A DNA stretch of 64,000 nucleotides from Macrostomum lignano (lineage: Eukaryota), in assembly GCA_002269645.1 (NCBI GenBank), contig NIVC01001238.1, positions 248,001 to 312,000 on the forward strand, read 5' to 3'. Shown here in pieces: positions 47,311 to 64,000 of the stretch (the first letter of the stretch is position 1; each line of letters begins with the position of its first letter). Made by a program: the position numbers and the translations under genes. The notes beneath the pieces are model-generated. The model searched no databases and had not been told where the DNA came from. It saw only the letters and a program-made list of their open reading frames with translations.

Positions 47311-49767
47311 TTTTGGCATTACTAACGCTGCAGAGACTTGAGGTTACGTACAGGGCCTTTCAATGCTTCAGACAGTCTCTGGCTGTCTCATATTCCCGAG
47401 GAGCCACTGCTCAGGGCTGTCTCAGTTACAGAGGCAGACAGACCCGTTCAACTGTGAATTTCCCCAAACCAGCAGCAGGGAGCTCCTGTGCAAGGCAGAC
47501 GAATTCAAAGATGCATCGCCCCGCCGCAAGCACCTGGCGAGGCCTATTCAATCCGAGTCCCCCACATGGGTGACGCAACAGGGAACAGGGACCCCGGCCG
47601 CACACAATAATCCCTTAACAGGGTCGTCCAGTCCCCCCGTTGGTCTAAATAATATCCCATTAATACTCTCCCCTCCCAGTCCTGCAGCTTGCTACAGTCG
47701 CAGCCCCCTACCAAAAATATTTTGTTGACGGACAGTCGTGAAGTGGCGCCCGATACACCTCTGCGCTTCCTTCACTGTCTTCTGCTCCCAGAAAGAGGAT
47801 TTCTCACCGCTCCCCGACCCCACAGAATATCCGATTCCAACTTCTCCACTAAAATTGACCAAAAGCAATTAAAACACGGGAGCCTCAGCTTAATTTCTCC
47901 CTGCCACTCTCTCACCCTCCCTCTCACTCACTTTCGCACGCTACTTTCTTTCTGAGTTCGCTTCTCCTAATGGCTTTTTAACTGTAATTCACATTCACAG
48001 CGCGGAGTGGAAACCCAATTTCGCTTTTCGTACGCAGCATTTGTAAGTTTTCTCAGTATTTCTGCTCCAGCCACTGTGAGCGCTCCCGTGATTGCAGCAA
48101 GTGGACAAGCAGGTGCCAGTTTACATCCCGCTGCCTGTTTTTTTGTCCTTTTGTCAGCACTAAGAGGACCCTCCTGCTCCACTGGAATCATATCAGCTAC
48201 CCAGCTTCATGGCACTTCCGTATGAGCCTGATCGATAGGGCCGTCTTTCTCTCCCAGTTATGTCAATCTATCATTTGCGGCTCATCGGCCTGCGTGCCCT
48301 TTGCTACTTGAATTTGGAGGGGCCAATACCATAGATATAAATAGAGCTTTGACTGGAAGGCGGTGCATGACTCATACGCAATGTCTGTGGGTGTCTTTCA
48401 GGGCCGCTGGATGTCTGTGGGTATCTTTCAGTGTCTATGGGTGTCTATGGGTGTCTATGGGTGTCTGTGGGTGTCTATGGGTGTCTATGGGTGTCTGTGG
48501 GTGTCTATAAGTGTCTATGGATGTTCATGAGTATCCTGTATTGGTTTCTTTTAAGCGTTTCTGTGTTTTGCCTTCTGGCACGCTGGTTCGCCTTGAGCCT
48601 GAAGGTACGTAAGGATCATTCGATGCTTCGGACAGTCTCTGGCTGTCTCATATGCCTGAGTAGCCACTGCTCAGCGCTGTCTCAGTTGTAGAAGCAGACA
48701 ATCCAGAGATGCAACCCCCGCAAACACCTGGTGAGGCCATTTCAACCCTAGCTCCTGGCTACATGGGTGACGCAATGGGAACAGTGAATATGCGGAATTT
48801 CAATTTCTAAAATAATTAGCTGATAATTGTTTTGACTGGTGTGGCTAAAATTCCCATTTTTTATATTTTCGCGAAAATTCTAAATTTTTCTAAGAATTCG
48901 ACATTGGCCCCGGGAGTGCGCGGGTTGCGCAACCTGAATTTATTTTGAATGAAAACACCACCCGGCGTGGATTAAACACCCGCAATTAGCGGGGATCCTG
49001 GGCCGGGGCGCCCGTAGTTAAAGAATTCGATCCCAGAGAGGAATTTTCACCTGTAAATCCCATCACTGCTTTGCAGTCCGGTTGCTGAGCGGGATAGAGC
49101 GCACATCATTAAGAGGAGCCGGGCCAGAAATCCCTGGCGATAAAAGAAAGCAAAAAGAAATCTGTGATAAGAAAAATCCAGGCAGTTGCAGATCCCCAGA
49201 AACTTCCTGAACAAATTCGTGACTAATTAATAATCATTACCTGCTGCATCAATTTCTACACTATTCCATAAATTCACCTCAAGCTGACTGACGTGCAAAT
49301 CAGGTGCACTTTTACCGGGCTGTGTGACAGGTAAACCGGGTACAGTCATTAGTCTGTGTGACAGGTAAACCGGGTACCGCTAGTATCAGTCTTGAGTCAC
49401 AATTATAGGCACGAAGGCACAATTGATCGCACAAAGTCTGCTCACTGGGTAATTAGCGATAATTCTCAAAACTCTCGATGGCAGAAACAGGTAGCCTTCA
49501 TTTCTCAAGGCCGCCACTCAGCTTCCAGCTTCTCCTCCTCCATCGCTCTCAGATTTCCCATTCTATTTCCCTCTCAGCTTCCTGCGCCAACCCCGGGCAT
49601 CAATGCCAGCCTTCTTCTGCTTTTGCATCCCTCCGGCTTTCCTTTCCAATCTCCGAATTGGCTCCGATTGCTGCTAGCTGGTGGGTTTTCCCGATAACTT
49701 CTTTTCCTGCGCTATCACCCACTGACTTGAGGACCCACAGCCATTGAACTGCTGGAGGTGACCGAGA

Positions 49768-51075
<1,308 letters not shown>

Positions 51076-52184
51076 CCCACTGTCATTCATCGGATAGCCC
51101 GCACCGGCTGACCACGGCAAGCCTCGGCTGCCCACCTGCCAGCCTGCCAGCTGTTTGCCCAACCGAGCAACTGGGCAAACAGTGGCCTCAAGCTTTCCCT
51201 CTCCCACCTCCCCCCTGATGTCTGCAGCCAGCAGGTGACTTCCTGACGCCGTGGTATTTTTTAACTCCCAAATCCCACAGCTCAAGACTGACCGACGGGA
51301 CGCCTTACCCTGGAGCAGGCGGCGCTTAAACTGACTAATTTCAGTCATTATTCCAGCTAACAGGTGAGCATTGCTGTGGCTTATTGTAAGAGAGCTGAAA
51401 TCATATTTGCTAATGATTGCTATTTGAGTAGGGACCAATTCTGTAAAGGTGTGTGTTTTCATAGCTCACAGTTTGCCATTTGGCAGCCCAGCAGTCACTT
51501 CCTGTTAGCAGAATTTCCTAGACATTCCTAAGTGGGAATTAAAAGCGACCCCGAGTTCTCATGGGATCAGCGCGAGTAGCCCAGGTGAAAAAGTGCAATA
51601 ACTTTTCTCCTGTTCTCCTCCTCTCCGGACATCCCCAACGCGGTGAAGCGTCAAGGAAGCTGCACACATCTCCTCTAGAAGACGCTCCCAGGAGTCTAGC
51701 TTTCGTCTTCTCCTCATAGCCAGATCCGAGTCCCCAGCTTCATCGGAGTCAGGAGGGAGCGGGGCCTCCGCCGCTGTCAAGTGCAGACCGGCACTCGGCT
51801 CTCTCCCGGTGTGTCCGAGCGGAATGCAAATGACTCCCGCAGCCCCTGCTCAGCTCTTTGAATCCTCAATAAGTCGTCAGAGTTCCCGAAACTCCTTCGC
51901 TCCCCCCTCGGGCCATGCGGATGAATGCCCGGGTACCCCATGGCAATGGGAGGCCCTCACTTTGGAATAAAACTCTCTATTCACTATAATCCCCATATCT
52001 CAGTGGCGATATGCCTGAAAAACTACTGGAGGCTTTGCCCCCCGGGAGGCGAAGCTCTCAATTCAGATGAAGGTATTTGATGGATTAAATATTCACACAG
52101 GAGTGGCTTAGAGACAAAAATGGGTGGCGCAGCCTCTTAGTCATGCTTTTATGCGGTGGCATTAGCGCTGGAGATCGATCCGTT

Positions 52185-53740
52185 CCATCTATCTGCCGAT
52201 CTATTGCATCCATCTGCCGATCTATTGCATCTATCTGCCAATCTATTGCATCTATCTGCCGATCCATTGCATCTATCTGCCGATCTATTGCATCCATCTG
52301 CCGATCTATTGCATCTATCTGCCAATCTATTGCATCTATCTGCCTATCCATTGCATCTATCTGCCGATCTATTGCATCTATCTTCTGATCCATTGCATCC
52401 AACTTCCGATCTATTGCATCTATCTGCCGATATATTGCATCTATCTGCCGATCCATTGCATCTATCTGCCGATCTATTGCATCTATCTGCCGATCTATTG
52501 CATCTATCTGTCGATCTATTGCATCTATCTGTCGATCTATTGCATCTATCTGCCGATCCATTGCATCTATCTGCCGATCTATTGCATCTATCTGCCGATC
52601 TATTGCATCTATCTGCCGATCTATTGCATCTATCTGCCGATCTATTGCATCTATCTTCTGATCCATTGCATCCAACTTCCGATCTATTGCATCTATCTGC
52701 CGATCCATTGCATCTATCTGCCGATCTATTGCATCTATCTGCCGATCTATTGCATCTATCTGCTGATCTATTGCATCTATCTTCTGATCCATTGCATCCA
52801 ACTTCCGATCTATTGCATCTATCTGCCGATATATTGCATCTATCTGCCGATCCATTGCATCTATCTGCCGATCTATTGCATCTATCTGCCAATCTATTGC
52901 ATCTATCTGCCGATCTATTGCATCTATCTTCTGATCCATTGCATCCAACTTCCGATCTATTGCATCTATCTGCCGATCCATTGCATCTATCTGCCGATCT
53001 ATTGCATCTATCTGCCGATCTATTGCATCTATCTGCCGATCTATTGCATCTATCTGTCGATCTATTGCATCTATCTGTCGATCTATTGCATCTATCTGCC
53101 GATCCATTGCATCTATCTGCCGATCTATTGCATCCATCTGCCGATCTATTGCATCTATCTGCCGATCTATTGCATCTATCTGCCGATCTATTGCATCTAT
53201 CTTCTGATCCATTGCATCCAACTTCCGATCTATTGCATCTATCTGCCGATCCATTGCATCTATCTGCCGATCTATTGCATCTATCTGCCGATCTATTGCA
53301 TCTATCTGCTGATCTATTGCATCTATCTTCTGATCCATTGCATCCAACTTCCGATCTATTGCATCTATCTGCCGATATATTGCATCTATCTGCCGATCCA
53401 TTGCATCTATCTGCCGATCTATTGCATCTATCTGCCAATCTATTGCATCTATCTGCCGATCTATTGCATCTATCTTCTGATCCATTGCATCCAACTTCCG
53501 ATCTATTGCATCTATCTGCCGATATATTGCATCTATCTGCCGATCTATTGCATCTATCTGCCAATCTATTGCATCTATCTGCCGATCTATTGCATCTATC
53601 TTCTGATCCATTGCATCCAACTTCCGATCTATTGCATCTATCTGCCGATATATTGCATCTATCTGCCGATCTATTGCATCTATCTGCCGATCTATTGCAT
53701 CTATCTGCTGATCTATTGCATCTATCTGCCAATCGATTGC
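52185..53740. repeat. 21-bp tandem array CTATCTGCCGATCTATTGCAT (minus strand reads as the heptad DAIDRQI)
   Basis: About 74 units with recurring variant blocks. Confidence 0.97.
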
Positions 53741-54214
53741 ACCAATCTAATCATGTTTTTCACATGATTCGAGCTCTGCAGCAAACTAATTTTAATTACA
53801 GAATGCAGAGGGCAGTCGTAGGTATGACTTTTAATTACAGAGCCAGGTGGGGCCTGCAGATCCAGAGCCACGCAGGCCAAATGCTAAACTCAGGGGGTCC
53901 TCATCTTTGGTGTCTACGCTGCCGTGCAAAAAGTCCACAAAATTTTGTCTGTAATTACAGTGATTTGCGGCACAAAGCTAATAAAGAGACTTCGCCACCA
54001 ACTTTGAAAATATATATTTAGCCTATTGTTACACACCAAATGGCCGGCAGTTCTGCCATCAATGTCACGAGAAGAGGCCTTGGAGCAGCTGGGTCTCTAA
54101 TTAGGTGATAATTGGCCGGCTTAACCAGACAGGTGAAAATCTCCCGGGATGGGGTTGCTATCAAACAGACTAATAGGGATCTGAGGGGCTGAGCAAACAG
54201 CTGGAGAAGCCAGA

Positions 54215-54428
<214 letters not shown>

Positions 54429-55484
54429 GAGACAGTCAATAACAGACATACAAAACACAAAAGACACGGAAGGGAGTTGCGCGAGCAGTCATCAAAGAGC
54501 CCCATAAGGATCCCTCTCTATTCGCAGAATAAGTCGCTGAACAAACAGCCGTAAGAAGCCGGGCACAATGGCAGTCTTGGCCTCAGCCAGAACTAATCCC
54601 GGGAGCAAACCACACTCCCTAGATGAAGTTTCACTCGATCGCCAGTTTTCAATGCGGCGCGTATCCAAACGCGAGCGCGGATCCCTATTGCCTAATCTGC
54701 GGAGCAAATACCCAGCAGTCTAAATACCCCCCCCCAACCAGTCCCGCTGTTTGCTATCGCTGAGCCGGGGCCAGACCGCTCACATCTTGTCTTGCGCCTT
54801 TCCCTGCAGCTCGCTTCACTTCACACCCTCCGCGCGCGCGGGCACGCAGTTGACCCACACCGACTGCCGCCAAGGATCTGAGGCGTTGCCCCGGCTGCTG
54901 GGATCGATTAACAGGCAAGTTGCCGCCGCAGTCAGAATTCACTGGCCACCGCTGCTGCATCTGACTCACACTGGAGGAGCAGAGGCCCCGCCTCTTAATA
55001 GCATTGCTCAGACTCTTTCAGACGCTCACAAAGGGGAAACAGAAAGAAACAGGAAGGCTGAAATGAGATAGAGAGAGAGGGAGAGAGAGAGAGAGAGCGA
55101 GACGTGTCATCTGGCGGTGGCAAACCTTTGCTTCCATTGAGCCTCTGTGTGCCAGCAAAGAGGCTGGGGCTCCGGCGTGATGAAGCTGATGAGGAGCGAG
55201 AGAAGGTAGCGCTTGCGGGAAGGGAAGTTTTTGGTGGCCACCCAATCTCCCAGCACGCACTGGCGATCGATGTCCGCCTAATCAGGTCGGCTTGTCCTAT
55301 CGAATTAGGGGGGCCACCCACAGCTGCGCCCAGCCTCTCCGGCTCCTCATCTCTTCTTCATCTATGCTGCTCTTCATCGCTTTCTGGCAGTTTCTCTCTC
55401 GCACTATCGGTTCGACTCCACTGCCCACTGTGAGACCGCCGCGTGCCCGATGGAATGCACAACAGGCGGACCAAAACACTGGAA

Positions 55485-56225
55485 CAGGCTCTGAGACAGG
55501 CTCTGAGACAGGCTCTGAGACAGGCTCTGAGACAGGCTCTGAGACAGGCTCTGAGACAGGCTCTGAGACAGGCTCTGAGACAGGCTCTGAGACAGGCTCT
55601 GAGACAGGCTCTGAGACAGGCTCTGAGACAGGCTCTGAGACAGGCTCTGAGACAGGCTCTGAGACAGGCTCTGAGACAGGCTCTGAGACAGGCTCTGAGA
55701 CAGGCTCTGAGACAGGCTCTGAGACAGGCTCTGAGACAGGCTCTGAGACAGGCTCTGAGACAGGCTCTGAGACAGACTTTGAGACAAACACCAGGACAGA
55801 CACCAGGACAGACACTAGGACAGACACCAGGACAGACACTAGGACAGACACTAGGACAGACACTAGGACAGACACTAGGACAGACACTAGGACAGACACT
55901 AGGACAGACACTAGGACAGACACCAGGACAGGCACCAGGACAGACACTAGGACAGGCACTAGGACAGACACTAGGACAGACACTAGGACAGACACTAGGA
56001 CAGACACTAGGACAGACACTAGGACAGACACTAGGACAGACACCAGGACAGGCACCAGGACAGACACTAGGACAGGCACTAGGACAGACACTAGGACAGA
56101 CACTAGGACAAACACCAGGACAGACACCAGGACAGACACCAGGACAGACACCAGGACAGACACCAGGACAGACACCAGGACAGACACCAGGACAGACACC
56201 AGGACAGACACCAGGACAGACACAG
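55485..56225. repeat. 12-bp GGCTCTGAGACA array joined to a 12-bp GGACAGACAC(T/C)A array
   Basis: Direct reading. Confidence 0.97.
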
Positions 56226-56639
56226 AGTCAGCCGGAAGCAATCCAGTCAGTCAGAGCAGTACAGCTTCGCCCTGAGCACTCAAGAAGATTCGCTCTCCCA
56301 GAGCGAAGAAATCCCAGAGGAGGGAGAAACCAACCCGTGCGATCCCCGTCCCACTTTTCCACTCCATTTGCATGCCGGGGGTGGCTGCTGCATCGTAGAT
56401 TAAAAAAACTTTCCCAAATCCCGGATCCCAGATTTGCCTAGAATTGTGGGCCCAGTCGGCTCATCGACCCGAGACAGGCCGACTCGGACTCCGCTCTGCT
56501 GCCCCTCTGCTCACACAGAATTTCTCCTTTGTTTCGGACTGAATACTTTTATATAAAATCCAATTGATTCAATTGAATTGGATCAAACTGCCGAATTCAT
56601 GAATCTGGCCAGAGGCCATTCCGGTGATCCCTGAGCACG

Positions 56640-56759
56640 CACCCGGACACGCACGCAGGCACAAGCTCACACAGGCCTCACCTCGTCACGGAATCGAACG
56701 CAGGACGCTTGTAATTAGGCGCTAAAGTTAGACGCGTCAGCCACTGAGCTGCTCAGACC
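56640..56759 (-). mobile_element. tRNA-derived SINE head
   Basis: Minus strand A box AGCTCAGTGG (56750-56741) and B box GTTCGATTCC (56699-56690); no intact cloverleaf. Confidence 0.6.
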
Positions 56760-56799
56760 TCAAATTCATTCAAGCCTACATACTCAAAATCTTTAAGTA

Positions 56800-57385
56800 A
56801 GCAACCGCCACCTCCTCCCAGGTCCCTCAGTAAGCGTCGCCACCTCCCCCAGGTCCTTCAGTAAGCGCCCCCACATCCCCCAGGTTCCTCAGTAAGCGCC
56901 GCCACCTTCTCCCCAGGTCCCTCAGTAAGCGCCGCCACCTCCTCCCAGGTCCCTCAGTAAGCGTCGCCACCTCCCCCAGGTCCTTCAGCAAGCGCCGCCA
57001 CCTCTCCCCAGGTCCCTCAGTAAGCGCCGCCACCTCCTCCCAGGTCCCTCAGTAAGCGCCGCCACCTCCCCCCAGGTCCCTCAGTAAGCGCCGCCACCTC
57101 CCCCCAGGTCCCTCAGTAAGCGCCGCCACCTCCCCCTCAGGTCCCTCAGTAAGCGCCGCCACCTCCCCCTCAGGTCCCTCAGTAAGCGCCGCCACCTCCT
57201 CCCAGGTCTCTCAGTAAGCGCCGCCACCTCCCCCAGGTCCCTCAGTAAGCGCCGCCACCTCCCCCTCAGGTCCCTCAGTAAGCGCCGCCACCTCCCCCAG
57301 GTCCCTCAGTAAGCGCCGCCACCTCCTCCCAGGTACTTCAGTAAGCGCCGCCACCTCCCCCAGGTCCCTCAGTAAGCGCCGCAGA
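56800..57385. repeat. 32-33-bp minisatellite CCAGGTCCCTCAGTAAGCGCCGCCACCTCC
   Basis: Direct reading. Confidence 0.95.
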
Positions 57386-57879
57386 ATGGAAACAGCTGGT
57401 ATCTGAAGAGATTCCTCAGCCACCGCAGCAAACAGCATCAAATTCAAAGCAGCAGATTCTCAGACGCAGGTTTTTCACGCCTTTCACTGCCGTCAGAAAA
57501 TCGATGGCCCCAGGCAGGGGCTGGCAGGCAAAAGCGCTGCTGCAGTGCCAGCTTCAAGCAACAAGAGGTTAAACTGGGACACAATTAAACTGCTGCACAG
57601 GCATCTGAAAGAGCCGGAGGGGCTGCAGTGAAGGAGTTGGAAAAGAAGATGAGAACAAGAATTGGGCAAGAAAAGAGGAGTGCGCGGTGTTTGGGAGAGC
57701 CGGCTTGCTTTGTCTTTGCCTGAGTCTTCTTTGTTGAGCTCCTGCCGGTTCTGCAGATGCTCAGACTGGGATCTGGCGGGCTGCACCATCCCAGTCAGCT
57801 GCAAGTGAGGCAGGGCAAAGGCAAATTGCGTGAAAGGGATAAAGGGGGAATAGTGCAGGGAAAAACTGGCGTGGTAGGA

Positions 57880-58472
57880 TGAGGGAGGGAGGCAGAGAAG
57901 TTAAAAAAGTAGAGAGAAGAGAGGAAAAGAGAAGGAGGGTGAGGAAAGAGAGTAGAGAGAGGGAGAGAAGGGAGAGAGATAGGATTGAAGAGGGGAAGGA
58001 GAGAAAAAAGAGAGGGAGAGAGGGAGAAGGAGAGGAGAAGGAGGAGAGACAAGGAGTGAGAAGGAGTGCGAAGGAGAGATAGGGATGAGAAGGAAGATAG
58101 GAGTGAGAAGGAGAGATAGGGGTGAAAAGGGGACAGAATTGAGAGAAGGAGAAAGGAAGAGAGGGGTAGAAAAGGGATAGAGAGAGGGAAGGGAGAGGCC
58201 ACAGAGAGGGAAGGGAGAGGCCACAGAGAGGGAAGGGAGAGGCCACAGAGAGGGAAGGGAGAGGCCACAGAGAGGGAAGGGAGAGGCCAGAGAGAGGGAA
58301 GGGAGAGGCCAGAGAGAGGGAAGGGAGAGGCCACAGAGAGGGAAGGGAGAGGCCACAGAGAGGGAAGGGAGAGGCCACAGAGAGGGAAGGGAGAGGCCAC
58401 AGAGAGGGAAGGGAGAGGCCACAGAGAGGGAAGGGAGAGGCCACAGAGAGGGAAGGGAGAGGCCACAGAGAG
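57880..58472. repeat. GA-rich low-complexity tract and 22-bp minisatellite AGAGAGGGAAGGGAGAGGCCAC
   Basis: Direct reading. Confidence 0.93.
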
Positions 58473-59019
58473 GGCCTCTAATTATATTGGAAATTAGAAA
58501 ATTAGAAAGCAGAGAAGAAAACTGATGAGGGAATGCAGACAAAATCAGCCCACTGAGGCACTCCAGCCTCTAGAAGGGCTCCGGGCATCATCAGAGAGAT
58601 TTGTTGTGAGTCCCCTGTTGTCAGCTCTGCCTGTCCCGGCTGTGCTAGATGAAGCCTGCAGCTAGCCAGAGGCTGAGCGGAAGTGCCCCGGGACCAGTAA
58701 GAGTCACTCACGGCTGCAGTCCAGTCCCATTGTTCTCCAGACTGCAATGCAGTTCTCAACTAGAAAAAAGAGAGATGAAGTGCCGCTCCTCATCGGCCGC
58801 TGCGAATCGGGAGCGAGAAATTTGCTTTCGCATTGCCTGGCTGGACAAAGCAGCAGAGAGTGCTCCTCTCTGATAGTGGCTGACGGTTCACAGAGTCGAG
58901 TCACACTTGCCGGACTTGCAGTGGAGTCTGGGCGCCCCTCATCTCAGTTTATTGTCTCTAACGGGTAGAAATCTCTGAACAGAAACCCGGCAGTTTTTAC
59001 CGCACCGGAGCGGGGGACA

Positions 59020-62877
<3,858 letters not shown>

Positions 62878-63259
62878 AGCAAAAATAAATGAGCTGAAGA
62901 AGCAGCAGAAGTAGAGAGAAAAACAGGCCAATCAAACTGCATAATTTATGCCGTGTCAGGTAAAGTTAGTGAGGCTCTAGGGGGAGACCTGTGCCTGTGT
63001 TTGTCTTCGTCCTCCTCACAGACACAACTGTAGCTAGTGGCCCCCCCCAGCCATCCATATTTCATAACAGTCGGTCGTGTTCGATGCGGAGACATGAATA
63101 CCGCTGCCGTGCAAACACAACTTTATGGGGAGAATATCGCGGGAAAAATTTCAGGCGCCCATAGCAAAGTTGCTTTTTGACATCCAGATAGATTCCCGTC
63201 TTGATTTCTCACACTCATTTATACTGCCACCTGACAGGAGGCATTGCGGCTGTGGAGTG

Positions 63260-63475
63260 CTCACTACTCGCTACTCATTACTCAATTCTCATTACTCAAT
63301 TCTCACTACTCAATTCTCACTACTCAATTCTCACTACTCAATTCTCACTACTCGCTTCTCATTGCTCATTACTCATTTCTTATTACTCATTACTCATTTA
63401 CTCATTACTCATTACTCATTACTCATTACTCAATTCTCACTACTCATTACTCATTACTCAATGCTCACTACTCGA
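63260..63475. repeat. TTACTCA / TACTCAATTCTCAC 7- and 15-bp repeats
   Basis: Direct reading. Confidence 0.9.
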
Positions 63476-63797
63476 ACTCGAAGGCGGCCAGTGAGTAATT
63501 AATAGATGAGGAAGCTCGGAGTCTGCCTCTCCCTCCCCTCTTGGCCTCTCATCTCTCAGTCCGTAAGCGCCCCCTGCGCCCCCGACCCCAGCCGAGGTAC
63601 CCAGCCGAGGTCACTGCCCTCGGTAGCCTGCAGATCGCGTGACAGCAGCAGCAGGGGGGGGGGCAGTGGCAGCGGGGCCCGCCGCACTCAGAACTTCGGC
63701 CCCTTGATAAATTATAGTTTTTGTAATCCACTTCTCATTTCGAGTCGGAGAGCACGCTAGCGATTCTCTGGGCTGAGCTGAGAGCACTTCTTCCCAG

Positions 63798-64000
63798 CAG
63801 TGATCCCACAGATTGTCAGTGATCCCACAGATTGTCAGTGATCCCACAGCTAGTCAGTGATCCCACAGATTGTCAGTGATCCCACAGATTGTCAGTGATT
63901 CCACAGAATGTCAGTGATCCCACAGCTAGTCAGTGATCCCACAGCTAGTCAGTGATCCCACAGATTGTCAGTGATCCCACAGCTAGTCAGTGATCCCACA
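63798..64000. repeat. 19-bp minisatellite GTCAGTGATCCCACAGATT (runs off the window)
   Basis: Direct reading. Confidence 0.95.

Overview
Eukaryotic, intron-containing, very repeat-rich animal DNA. It looks like an invertebrate long-read assembly; the species cannot be determined from the sequence alone. From left to right: the last two exons of a gelsolin/severin-like gene; an intronless gene for a secreted precursor with 41 near-identical 13-aa cationic repeats; and, 36 bp after its stop codon, an 18-kb nested insertion (4237-22158). That insertion is two diverged non-autonomous Helitrons joined head-to-tail (A|TC...CTAG|TC...CTAG|T), each inflated by its own related 23-bp satellite. The second Helitron hosts an intact full-length LOA/R1-group non-LTR retrotransposon (ORF1; APE-RT-RNaseH-CCHC ORF2; 12-13 bp TSD) whose first nucleotide is G1 of a complete HDV-like self-cleaving ribozyme fold. 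Further right are a calmodulin-like gene, an intronless acylphosphatase, a heparan sulfate 3-O-sulfotransferase gene with one in-frame TGA, and a very divergent synaptotagmin-like gene. The last 24 kb are dominated by micro- and minisatellites, some built from splice-donor junctions, with only weakly supported exons. Most long ORFs in the supplied track are repeat-derived shadows. All calls were made by eye, with no database search or folding software.
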